DNA of 64,000 nt from Candidatus Saccharimonadota bacterium (lineage in GTDB: Bacteria; Patescibacteriota; Saccharimonadia; Saccharimonadales; Saccharimonadaceae), in the NCBI GenBank assembly GCA_017404725.1, contig JAFRBS010000027.1, positions 349 to 64,348 of the forward strand. Reading direction: 5' to 3'. Positions within the stretch are counted from its first letter, which is position 1; each line of letters starts with the position of its first letter. The notes below the pieces were generated by a model. It was not told the DNA's origin, searched no databases, and worked only from the letters and a program-made list of their open reading frames with translations. Positions 1-8,353 of the stretch are shown here, piece after piece. Position numbers and translations under genes: made by a program.

Positions 1-1194
1 AGTTACTCTATACTGGGAGCTGTCTCGGCTATCAGTTAGAACTTTACTTGCTCCGGATGGAGTGTTCTTACAGGTTTCTGGACCAAAGTCTTGCATATAA
101 GTAGCTGAATTTAGATCGGCTACGCCTAGAGCTGTGACACTGAAGTCTAGGGTACCGGTTTTGTTGGTATTATTGTTGGCTACTGTGATGGTTTGAGTAC
201 CTACCCAGTTTGTACCGGTATTATAGCCAGTACAGGTGAAGCCGGTTGGGCAGGACACGTTACTTAGATAGTAGCCTTTCGCTGGGGTTACTGTTATTGT
301 GGCAAAATCGCCATATGGTACGGAGAGAGTGGAAGTAGAAACAGTTAGGTTGTCTACTGCCGGGATGCTAACGGTAGACGGGAAGTATGGGTTTAGCCCA
401 TCGAACATCGTAGCGGTATAGGTTAAGGTGGTGGCATATTTGCCGGCGGGGTTGTCGCCGGAGGAGATGCCATAGGTTACTCTTGTGGTACTGCCGCCAG
501 AAGTTTCCATATCGTAGGCTCTAACGGTTTGGTCTTCTGCGGTTACTGCGGTCCAGGTATCTAGGTTAGAGTTGCTATCGCCTTTAATAGACCAAAGGTT
601 CTGGGCGCCAGGAACTACCCTGGTTCCGGATTGAGATCCGGTACCATCTACTTCAGTTAGAGTTCCGGCTGGGATAGATAGAGTATTATCTACTATATTT
701 ACTAAGTTAGAGCTTACATTGTCTGCGGAACGGACAGAAAGAGCATAGCCGTTAGGGCTGTTTGTATAGACGGTAACGTCGCTATAGGTACTAGAATAAG
801 TATTCGGTTCCATAGACAAAGTAGTGCAGGAGGTATTAGAGTTCACTTCATCTGCTCCGCCGGTTGTGCCATCGAAAGTATCAACTTGTTTACTGCCTTC
901 GGCGCCGTTAGAGGTTGCGTAGCGGTTAGCGGTACCATACGTTACGCCAACCGAGGAAGTACAGTCTGGGTTCGTATCGTTCGGAGAAGCGATCTTCATC
1001 GCAATCGCCGTGGCGACTTCAGCATTCAGGCGGACTGAACCGGAGGCGGAGGTTGCGGAAACAACTGAGCCAAAAACTGGGGCGGGGGCTAAAGCGACAA
1101 GCGCTGAGACGGAAATCCCGCTGAAAATTAAAAAGCCCGCGGAGCCGATAGGCGTAAGCGGAATTAGACGAATTTTATTGGATCTTTTTGACAT
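1..1194 (-). CDS. Secreted surface protein, N-terminal 398 aa (C-terminus lies beyond window start): signal peptide, WxL-like beta domain, then start of a lectin-like module
   Basis: Absent from ORF track because it runs off the window. ATG at 1192-1194 follows GGAGGT (1198-1203). My translation MSKRSNKIRLIPLTPIGSAGFLIFSGISVSALVALAPAP...VRLNAEVATAIAMKIASPND stays open to position 1. Paralogous to 14487..15596 and 60673..61521 (shared V.VEV..A.AMKI and TYGISSG...TLTYTAT motifs). Terminal LTDSRDSSQYRV resembles the start of Fibrobacter-type/DUF1566-related lectin domains. Confidence 0.6.
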   Translation of the reverse strand, partial: MSKRSNKIRLIPLTPIGSAGFLIFSGISVSALVALAPAPVFGSVVSATSASGSVRLNAEVATAIAMKIASPNDTNPDCTSSVGVTYGTANRYATSNGAEGSKQVDTFDGTTGGADEVNSNTSCTTLSMEPNTYSSTYSDVTVYTNSPNGYALSVRSADNVSSNLVNIVDNTLSIPAGTLTEVDGTGSQSGTRVVPGAQNLWSIKGDSNSNLDTWTAVTAEDQTVRAYDMETSGGSTTRVTYGISSGDNPAGKYATTLTYTATMFDGLNPYFPSTVSIPAVDNLTVSTSTLSVPYGDFATITVTPAKGYYLSNVSCPTGFTCTGYNTGTNWVGTQTITVANNNTNKTGTLDFSVTALGVADLNSATYMQDFGPETCKNTPSGASKVLTDSRDSSQYRVT

Positions 1195-1254
1195 GATACC
1201 TCCTTAGTTTTATAGATAGCACCATGTCCGTACTTGGTACAGGTGGCGCTACGA

Positions 1255-1396
1255 GAGATTACCACATCCTTTTTCACCTACCACCAGCTTAACGCATTAG
1301 CGATTGGCGCTCGCAACGCCACCAATATCCGCTAACGCATCGAAAACTTTAAAAATTGCTGGGGTTTTGGTTGTTAAAGGATGTGGTAATATTTTT
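1255..1396 (-). promoter_or_regulatory. Structured 5' leader (long rod-like hairpin) of the surface-protein gene
   Basis: A 13-bp perfect inverted repeat, ATTACCACATCCT (1258-1270) / AGGATGTGGTAAT (1380-1392), encloses nested stems (CCAGC/GCTGG; GCATTAGCG..CGCTAACGC). The outer stem starts at the predicted transcription start. Confidence 0.35.
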
Positions 1397-1407
1397 ATTA
1401 TAGCACA
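1397..1407 (-). promoter_or_regulatory. Extended -10 promoter TGTGCTATAAT
   Basis: Reverse complement of ATTATAGCACA. The same TGnTAnAAT box recurs upstream of many genes in the window. Confidence 0.45.
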
Positions 1408-1451
1408 TACATTTTGAAAAATGCGAAAAAATCCAGAAAACGTTGTAAATT

Positions 1452-3566
1452 TTACACGATTTTGTGGTTGATGTCGTCGATCAGGTCGCGCAAAGAGGCG
1501 GCGCGCTCGAACTCTAGGTTCGCGGCGGCGAGTTTCATCTCGCTTTCTAGCTGTTTTACTAGTTTCGGGATTTCCTCCGGCGGGACTTTCTTTAGGTCGA
1601 GCTGGTTTTTTTGCTCTTTTTCGGGGATAATCGCGCGCAGGCCGGCACTGACTTCTTTTTCAATTCCCTTCGGGGTAATACCGTGCTCCTCATTGTACTT
1701 CTTCTGAATTTCACGGCGGCGGCTGGTTTCTTCGATCGCGTGAGCCATACTCTCAGTAACATTATCGGCATACATAATCACTTTACCCTCGACATGGCGA
1801 GCGGCGCGACCGATCGTCTGGATCAAGGCTGACTCGGAGCGCAAAAATCCTTCCTTATCGGCATCCAAGATGGCGACCAGGCTTACTTCCGGCAAATCCA
1901 ATCCCTCGCGCAGCAGGTTAATCCCAACCAGTACATCATAAACCCCCGAGCGAAGGTCGCGCAAAATGTCGCCGCGCTCTAGAGTATCAATATCGGAGTG
2001 AACATAAGCAGTCTTGACACCACGCTCTTTTAGATGGTCTGTTAGATCCTCGGCCATACGTTTTGTCAAGGTCGTAATTAGGGTGCGTTGACCCTTCGCG
2101 ATGCGCCGGTCGATCTCTTCCATCAGGTCATCAATTTGGCCCTCGGAGCCTCTGACTTCGATTTCCGGGTCGAGCAGTCCGGTCGGGCGGATGACCTGCT
2201 GGACCGGTTCCGGAGAGTGTTCCAGCTCGTACTCGCCCGGCGTCGCCGAAACGTAAATCGCCTGATTGATGTGCTTTTCAAATTCGCCAAAAGTCAGGGG
2301 TCGGTTATCTAAAGCAGATGGCAGGCGGAAGCCATACTCGACTAGCGTTTCTTTCCTGGCGTGGTCGCCGTTGTACATCCCGCGGACTTGCGGCAGGGTC
2401 ATGTGCGACTCATCAACGAGAAGTAGAAAATCGTCCGGGAAAAAGTCGAGAAGCGTGGCTGGCGGCTGGCCTGGACGGCGGCCGTCGAGATGGCGAGAGT
2501 AATTTTCAATCCCCTTGACAAAACCGGTATTTTCCAGCATTTCCAGGTCATATTTTGTGCGCTGGGACAAGCGCTGGGCTTCGAGGAATTTTTGATTTTT
2601 CTCGAAAAATCGTAGGCGCTCGTCGAATTCGGCGCGAATGGTCACGAGCGCACGATCGAGCTGGTCCTTCGGGGTCGCGTAATGCGTGTTTGGGAAAATA
2701 TGAATTCTATCTGGCTTTTCGCGCACTTCGGCGGTTAAAGGGTCGATGATTTTGACTTCTTCTAGCGTGTCGAAGGCAAATTCGAAACGGTAGGCGTATT
2801 CGCCGGAGGCGGGAAAGAGGTCGACAGTGTCGCCCATCACGCGGAAGTTGCCGCGCTCGAAGGCGAGATCGTTTCGGTGATATTGCATCGCCACTAAATT
2901 GTAGATAAAATCTTGTTGAGAAATGGGAGCGGGGGCTTTTAGGTCTTCCGTCTCGCGCCAGGAGCTCGACGGGGGTGGGCACCCCACACCCACAGCCCGC
3001 GAGCTCTTGGGCTCGACTTGCTCGCTTTCGCTCGCAAAGTCAGACCTAAAAGCCCCCGCTCCCCATTTCTCACCGACTTTCCATAGCGGCAGAGACATTG
3101 CGGTGTAATGCTCGGGAGAGCCGATGCCGTAGATGCAGGAGACTGAGGCGACGATGATGACATCATCGCGAGTTAAAAGCGCCTCGGTTGCGCCGTGTCT
3201 TAAACGGTCGATTTCGTCGTTAATGGCGCTATCTTTTTCGATATAGGTATCGGACGAAGCGATATAAGCCTCGGGCTGGTAATAATCGAAATACGAAACG
3301 AAATAATGGACCTCGTTTTCGGGAAAAAACTCGCGAAATTCAGAATAAAGCTGGGCGGCGAGGGTTTTATTATGCGCCAGAACTAGGGTCGGGCGGTTAT
3401 AATGCCGAATTACGTTCGCCATAGTAAAAGTTTTACCGGAGCCGGTCACGCCGAGCAAAGTCTGCTCACGCAAATGATTATCTAGACCATCGCAGAGACG
3501 CTTAATCGCCTCCGGCTGGTCGCCGGTCGGAGCGTATTTCGAGTGGAGTTTGAACGATTTTGGCAT
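1452..3566 (-). CDS. uvrB: Excinuclease ABC subunit B, carrying an in-frame insertion of about 50 aa
   Basis: 704-aa ORF with GVTGSGKT Walker A, helicase motifs and a C-terminal UVR coiled coil ([14 protein letters not shown]). The extra segment [22 protein letters not shown]...DLKAPAP is encoded by the repeat at 2918..3071. Confidence 0.95.
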   Translation of the reverse strand: MPKSFKLHSKYAPTGDQPEAIKRLCDGLDNHLREQTLLGVTGSGKTFTMANVIRHYNRPTLVLAHNKTLAAQLYSEFREFFPENEVHYFVSYFDYYQPEAYIASSDTYIEKDSAINDEIDRLRHGATEALLTRDDVIIVASVSCIYGIGSPEHYTAMSLPLWKVGEKWGAGAFRSDFASESEQVEPKSSRAVGVGCPPPSSSWRETEDLKAPAPISQQDFIYNLVAMQYHRNDLAFERGNFRVMGDTVDLFPASGEYAYRFEFAFDTLEEVKIIDPLTAEVREKPDRIHIFPNTHYATPKDQLDRALVTIRAEFDERLRFFEKNQKFLEAQRLSQRTKYDLEMLENTGFVKGIENYSRHLDGRRPGQPPATLLDFFPDDFLLLVDESHMTLPQVRGMYNGDHARKETLVEYGFRLPSALDNRPLTFGEFEKHINQAIYVSATPGEYELEHSPEPVQQVIRPTGLLDPEIEVRGSEGQIDDLMEEIDRRIAKGQRTLITTLTKRMAEDLTDHLKERGVKTAYVHSDIDTLERGDILRDLRSGVYDVLVGINLLREGLDLPEVSLVAILDADKEGFLRSESALIQTIGRAARHVEGKVIMYADNVTESMAHAIEETSRRREIQKKYNEEHGITPKGIEKEVSAGLRAIIPEKEQKNQLDLKKVPPEEIPKLVKQLESEMKLAAANLEFERAASLRDLIDDINHKIV
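2918..3071. repeat. 154-bp GC-rich palindromic element with 29/30-nt terminal inverted repeats, in-frame inside uvrB
   Basis: Left arm GAGAAATGGGAGCGGGGGCTTTTAGGTCT (2918-2946). The right arm 3042-3071 is its reverse complement apart from one extra G. The interior shares CGACTYGCTCGCYTTCG(G)CTCG with the mnmA copy. Confidence 0.85.
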
Positions 3567-3574
3567 AATATTAC

Positions 3575-3583
3575 ATTATATCA
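3575..3583 (-). promoter_or_regulatory. Extended -10 (TGATATAAT) 8 nt upstream of the uvrB ATG
   Basis: Reverse complement of ATTATATCA. No Shine-Dalgarno sequence lies between the box and the ATG. Confidence 0.4.
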
Positions 3584-3604
3584 CGTTTATGCTAAAAAGT
3601 CAAG

Positions 3605-4342
3605 TTATGTCCGATGATCCCGCTTATGGTCAACGCCTAACTTGTAATGGTCGTAATAATTCTCGGCAACTTTTGGATGGCCCATGTGTTCGGCAGCGGC
3701 GACGATTTCGTGGACATCATCGGTCAGTTTAAAGAGGTGAAGATCCTTCGCGCTAATTAAACCTTTCGCTAGCATCTTACTGCGATAGAACCTCTCGAGC
3801 GGCTTCCAGAAAGACTTGCCGAAGAAGAAAACTGGCATTTTCGGCATTTTGTTCTCTTGCATCAGAATGATGATCTCCGAAAGTTCGTCTAAAGTTCCGA
3901 AGCCGCCCGGGAAAAAGACGTAGACCTTCCCGGACATCGAAAGCATAACCTTGCGCGCGAAAAAGTAATGGAATTCCATGGTATCAGTAAGATAGGGATT
4001 CGGGAATTGCTCATGGTCAAGCTGGATGTTTAGGCCGATCGAGCGGCCGCCGTATTCGTAAGCCCCGCGGTTTGCCGCCTCCATAATCCCTGGGCCGCCA
4101 CCGGTAATGACCGCGTGGCCATGCTGAGCTAAAAGCCCGCCGAGCTCGCGCGCGGCCTTATAATACTTATCGTTCTCCGAGATACGCGCCGAGCCAAAAA
4201 CCGTTACACCCTGGGGATAGGTGCGGATCATGCGAAGACCGTACTCGAGATCCTTCGCGTAATTTAGCGAGCGCTCAATGTCCGGCTCTAAAACGCCGAG
4301 TTTTTCGAGACTTTTTAACCATTTTTTGGCTTCTTCTTCCAT
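3605..4342 (-). CDS. LOG/TIGR00730-family Rossmann-fold protein (lysine-decarboxylase-like)
   Basis: Motifs VTVFGSAR, ITGGGPGIMEAANRGA and PGGFGTLDEL. Confidence 0.85.
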   Translation of the reverse strand: MEEEAKKWLKSLEKLGVLEPDIERSLNYAKDLEYGLRMIRTYPQGVTVFGSARISENDKYYKAARELGGLLAQHGHAVITGGGPGIMEAANRGAYEYGGRSIGLNIQLDHEQFPNPYLTDTMEFHYFFARKVMLSMSGKVYVFFPGGFGTLDELSEIIILMQENKMPKMPVFFFGKSFWKPLERFYRSKMLAKGLISAKDLHLFKLTDDVHEIVAAAEHMGHPKVAENYYDHYKLGVDHKRDHRT

Positions 4343-5290
4343 TTAAACCTCCTGAATCGGCATTTGATGTAATCTTTCACGACCAGTCAAAATCCCAGTT
4401 TTTGCGCCAAGTTTAGAAACGACTGAGGTCGAATTCGCCGAAGCGAAAGTTAAACTGTCCCCAAACGATTTTCCGGCGGCAAGAGCGGCCAAAAAACCGG
4501 AGCCGAAAGCGTCGCCCGCCCCGGTCGTATCGACAACTTTCAGGTCTTCGTAAAGCCCGAAGCGGAAAGTCTTCGCGCCGTCGGTCGCGATCGCGCCCAT
4601 CTGGCCGTCGGTAATAATCACCATGCGCAAATAATTTTTCAGGCGAGAAAGTAGTTCTGTTAAAGTTTTCCCAGGGACGATTTCTGCCGCCTCGCGCTTG
4701 TTGACTAATAATACATCGACATATTCTAGCAGTTTTGTCAAGTTACGCTTATGTTTCAGCTCCAGTTCGCCAGGGTTAAACATGATTTTAATGTCGAGCT
4801 TCTTCGCCTTCTTAAAAAACCGCTCCAAAGTCGCCATATCGCCGCGCAGAGTCGTAACGTAAAGCCAATCTGGCGAAATCATATCAAGACATTTTTCCGA
4901 GATATTGTCAAATCGAGCGGAGGCGCCGCGATGGGTTAAAATCGTGCGTTCGCCGGATTTGCTATCGAGCAAAATAACCGAACAGCCGGTGCTGTCTTTG
5001 GAATAACAGAGGTAGCTATTGTCGATGCCTTCTTCGTCTAGGCACTTTAAGATCGCTTCACCGGCGATGTCGCGGCCGATGTTCGAAAGCAGGATCGCTT
5101 CGTGGCCGTGACGCACGAAAGTCGTCGCAGCGTTCGTCGCGCCGCCGCCAACTTCGTAGGAAACCTTATCGATATCGACTTTCGTTCCGATATGGATCCT
5201 CTCGTATTTGCCAGAATCAGAAACGAGGTCGTCATGATCGACGAGATAAATGTCCTGAAGCGAAGAGCCGAGCGCCGCGATTCTGGCCAT
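4343..5290 (-). CDS. PfkB-family carbohydrate kinase (ribokinase-like)
   Basis: C-terminal signature VDTTGAGDAFGSGFLAAL. About 315 aa, typical length for the family. Confidence 0.8.
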   Translation of the reverse strand: MARIAALGSSLQDIYLVDHDDLVSDSGKYERIHIGTKVDIDKVSYEVGGGATNAATTFVRHGHEAILLSNIGRDIAGEAILKCLDEEGIDNSYLCYSKDSTGCSVILLDSKSGERTILTHRGASARFDNISEKCLDMISPDWLYVTTLRGDMATLERFFKKAKKLDIKIMFNPGELELKHKRNLTKLLEYVDVLLVNKREAAEIVPGKTLTELLSRLKNYLRMVIITDGQMGAIATDGAKTFRFGLYEDLKVVDTTGAGDAFGSGFLAALAAGKSFGDSLTFASANSTSVVSKLGAKTGILTGRERLHQMPIQEV

Positions 5291-5946
5291 TAAAGCAGAA
5301 CTCCTTTCCTTTCGGCCTCTTTTTCGAGCTCTTCGAACGCCGCGGCTGGATTCTGGGAAGTCACCAGCGCCGCGCCGACGTTAATGACGTCTACGCCGGC
5401 ATGAGCAATCGCGCGGACGTTACTCATATTCGCGCCGCCATCCCAACCGATTTCGACATCCGGCTTAATCTGTTTGATTAGGGGAACTTTTTCAGTCTGG
5501 AGGATGTCGGCGGTCGAACCCTGTCGACCCAGAGCGCCGGCAAAAATCAAAACATGGTCCGCGGCTTCGATAAACGGCTTGACCCGCGGCGGGTAAGTCG
5601 GCTTCGCGAGGGCTACGCCGCATTTAATCCCGGCGCTCTTAAGTTGCGTGAACAGGGGCAGAAGATCCTCGCCGGTTTCAGCATGAAAAATCACCATGGA
5701 CGGCTTCATCGCGAGCAAATTCTGCATATGTTCCGAGGGGCGCACGACCATCATATGAATATCGACCGTCCAGCCCTCGGGCCAGCTCAGGCCGACCGCC
5801 GGGACGGTAACGGTCGGGGTGAACTGGCCATCGGAAATGTCAATTTGGACACGCTTCGCGAATCCCTGATAAGCGGCGACGAACTGTTGGTATTGTTCCG
5901 ACGAGGTCGTCAAGATAGTTGGTACAATTTCTATGCTGCTAGCCAT
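5290..5946 (-). CDS. rpe: Ribulose-phosphate 3-epimerase family protein (divergent)
   Basis: 218 aa with a TIM-barrel pattern: IDISDG.F, DIHMMV, FHAE, WDGG. Start and stop overlap the neighbouring pentose-phosphate genes. Confidence 0.6.
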   Translation of the reverse strand: MASSIEIVPTILTTSSEQYQQFVAAYQGFAKRVQIDISDGQFTPTVTVPAVGLSWPEGWTVDIHMMVVRPSEHMQNLLAMKPSMVIFHAETGEDLLPLFTQLKSAGIKCGVALAKPTYPPRVKPFIEAADHVLIFAGALGRQGSTADILQTEKVPLIKQIKPDVEIGWDGGANMSNVRAIAHAGVDVINVGAALVTSQNPAAAFEELEKEAERKGVLL

Positions 5947-6398
5947 TAATTTAGCTCCTTATCTTCGTCGAGGCGACGATTGCGACGGGCGTAGCGCTCA
6001 TCGGTTAATTTAGCGGTTTTTAGGAAGGTCTTGATAATCTCAGCATTATCTTCCTCAGAGGTGAAATCAGCGGAGAGGCAAAGCACGTTCGCATCTTCAT
6101 GCTGGCGACCGAGAGCGGCCAGCTCAGGGTTAAAGGCGACGATCGCGCGGATGCCCTTAAAGCGGTTCGCTTGCATCGCGACGCCGTGGGCAGTCCCACA
6201 GATTAAAATGCCGCGGTTTTCTTCTGGGTTTTCGAGGACTTTTTTGCTGATTTTGATCGCGGCGTCGTTAAAATCATCGTCTTTATTGTAATGATCTGGA
6301 CCTAAGTCTTCAACTTCGACGCCAGCGGATTTAAGCCCCAAGAAGAGGTTTTCTTTCTGGGCAAATCCGCGATGGTCCGAAGCGATGAAGACTACCAC
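5946..6398 (-). CDS. rpiB: Ribose-5-phosphate isomerase B
   Basis: IASDHRGF and GILICGTAHGVAMQANRFKGIRA motifs. GTG start preceded by AAGGAGG. Confidence 0.85.
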   Translation of the reverse strand: MVVFIASDHRGFAQKENLFLGLKSAGVEVEDLGPDHYNKDDDFNDAAIKISKKVLENPEENRGILICGTAHGVAMQANRFKGIRAIVAFNPELAALGRQHEDANVLCLSADFTSEEDNAEIIKTFLKTAKLTDERYARRNRRLDEDKELN

Positions 6399-6408
6399 CC
6401 TTTCCTCC

Positions 6409-7413
6409 TTAGGCGTCCTTGCCGAAGTCGGCGGTTAACTCGACGAGGCGGTTCGAATAGCCCCATTCGTTGTCGTACCAAGCGACGACTTTAATCAGAT
6501 TGCCGTCGACAACATCGGTAAGCGGCAAGTCGACGATCGAAGAATGGGAGTCGCCACGGAAATCGATCGAAACAAGCTCGTCGTGGGTAACCCCGAGGAT
6601 GCCCTCGTAATACGGCTCTTTCGCGGCCTTTTCGAAGACCTCGTTAATCTCCTCTTTCGTAACGTCGCGCTTTAAGACGGCGGTAATGTCCGCGAGCGAA
6701 ACAACAGGGGTCGGGACGCGGACAGAGAGGCCGTTAAACTTGTCTTTTAGGCTCGAGATCGTCAGCGCGGCGGCCTTCGAAGCGCCGGTCGTCGTCGGAA
6801 CGATATTCTCGGCGGCGGCGCGAGCCTCGCGGAGATCTTTCGCCGGGGCGTCCTGGAGCTTCTGGGAAGCGGTATAACTATGGACCGTAGTCATCATGGC
6901 TTTTTCGATGCCGAAATTATCCTCGAGGACTTTCATGACCGGGGCGATACAGTTCGTCGTACAGGAAGCGTTCGAGAGAATGACATCATCTTCGGTAATG
7001 TCGTCTTCGTTCACACCGAGAACGATCGTCTTCGCGCCCTCGCCCTTCGCCGGGGCAGAAAGGACGACCTTTTTCGCGCCAGCTTCGATATGGGCGCGAG
7101 CCTTCTCTGGGTCAGTGAAGAAGCCAGTAGATTCGATCACGACGTCGATCTCCAGGTCTTTCCAAGGGAGCGCGGCCGGATCTTTCTCCGACAATACGCG
7201 GATTTTTTCACCTTCGACGATGATGTTTTCGTCGTCATAATCGACGGTCGGGGTATAAGTCCCGTAGGACGAATCGTGTTTTAACAGATGTGCCAAGGTC
7301 TTCGTATCGGTCAAATCGTTGATCGCGATAATTTCTACATCGTCACGCGAAAAAGCGATTTTGAATGCGTTTCTACCGATGCGGCCGAAGCCATTGATTG
7401 CTATTCTTACCAT
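6409..7413 (-). CDS. gap: Type I glyceraldehyde-3-phosphate dehydrogenase
   Basis: INGFGRIGR, the active site SNASCTTNC, and WYDNEWGYS. Confidence 0.95.
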   Translation of the reverse strand: MVRIAINGFGRIGRNAFKIAFSRDDVEIIAINDLTDTKTLAHLLKHDSSYGTYTPTVDYDDENIIVEGEKIRVLSEKDPAALPWKDLEIDVVIESTGFFTDPEKARAHIEAGAKKVVLSAPAKGEGAKTIVLGVNEDDITEDDVILSNASCTTNCIAPVMKVLEDNFGIEKAMMTTVHSYTASQKLQDAPAKDLREARAAAENIVPTTTGASKAAALTISSLKDKFNGLSVRVPTPVVSLADITAVLKRDVTKEEINEVFEKAAKEPYYEGILGVTHDELVSIDFRGDSHSSIVDLPLTDVVDGNLIKVVAWYDNEWGYSNRLVELTADFGKDA

Positions 7414-7473
7414 TTTTGCCTCCTAAAAAATACTTATGTCTATTGTAGCATAAGTGAAAACGATTTACAAGGA

Positions 7474-7498
7474 AAAAGCCCGCTATAGTAGCGGGCTT
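7474..7498 (-). terminator. Rho-independent terminator
   Basis: Perfect 9-bp stem AGCCCGCTA/TAGCGGGCT, followed by a T-run on the minus strand directly after the stop at 7517. Confidence 0.7.
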
Positions 7499-7516
7499 GG
7501 TGGACGGGGTTGGTTT

Positions 7517-8251
7517 TTAATCTCTCCGGAAGATTCTGACTTTCTCCCGGTACTCCGGGTGGGTGAACTTGTTCTTGGCGTTTTCGAACGCCTTGATGAT
7601 CACATCTGCGCTTTCGCTCGTGCCACAGATGGAGATGCTAAGTTCTCCCGCCTTATCTCCGAGCATGCTCGGTTCGGCGTCCCGGAGAATCGCTGGGTAA
7701 ATCACGTCGACAGCCTCCTGCCAAATCTTTGCCGAATCTTCGGGCGCACGATACGCGCTTGAAGATGTGCGATCATACGAGAGAACCAGCTTCGGCTCTG
7801 CTGTGTAGCTCTCCAAGTAATGAACCTCGGCGTTCGTCCCGATCATCGGGCAGGTCGGTTCGCGCTTAACCAACGCCATCATTACCGCGTTAATGTCGCG
7901 GTTTTTCATGGGCTGTTCCGCGGGATAGTCCATGACCGCAATAATGTTGCGGTTTGGCCTCTTCGGCAGGTTTGAGCCTTCGGGCTTAACCTGCTTGACC
8001 ATCTCGATGAGCCTCCCCGCCGCCCAATCGACGCAGGGGGCTACGTAGCGGCCCCAAGTTCGAGAAAATAGCTCTTCCAGACTCATTATTTCCTTGTCGG
8101 TCAGAGATTCATTGGAGCGCTCGAGAATCGTGTTATTTAGCGCCTCGAGATATTTTATAACATCTCTTGAGGGTCTTAGCCGGGCATTGCCTTCTCCATC
8201 CCCACAGATATAACGAGCCAGGTCGAACCTCTCGAAAAACCTCGTTTTCAT
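7517..8251 (-). CDS. Hypothetical cytoplasmic protein (orphan, own transcription unit)
   Basis: Start moved to MKTRFFERFDL (ATG 8249-8251) behind TAGGAGGTGG. I recognise no domain. Confidence 0.6.
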   Translation of the reverse strand: MKTRFFERFDLARYICGDGEGNARLRPSRDVIKYLEALNNTILERSNESLTDKEIMSLEELFSRTWGRYVAPCVDWAAGRLIEMVKQVKPEGSNLPKRPNRNIIAVMDYPAEQPMKNRDINAVMMALVKREPTCPMIGTNAEVHYLESYTAEPKLVLSYDRTSSSAYRAPEDSAKIWQEAVDVIYPAILRDAEPSMLGDKAGELSISICGTSESADVIIKAFENAKNKFTHPEYREKVRIFRRD

Positions 8252-8321
8252 CCTACCACCTCCTAAAGTACTACGCTGATGGTTAAACAGCAAAAACCTC
8301 TCGCGCTATGCGATTGCTTCT

Positions 8322-8350
8322 ATTATATCATACTTATGGTTTGTTGTCAA
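8322..8350 (-). promoter_or_regulatory. Perfect consensus sigma70-type promoter TTGACA-17-TATAAT
   Basis: On the + strand, TGTCAA at 8345-8350 and ATTATA at 8322-8327, with a 17-nt spacer. Lies upstream of 7517..8251. Confidence 0.6.
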
Positions 8351-8353
8351 TAT

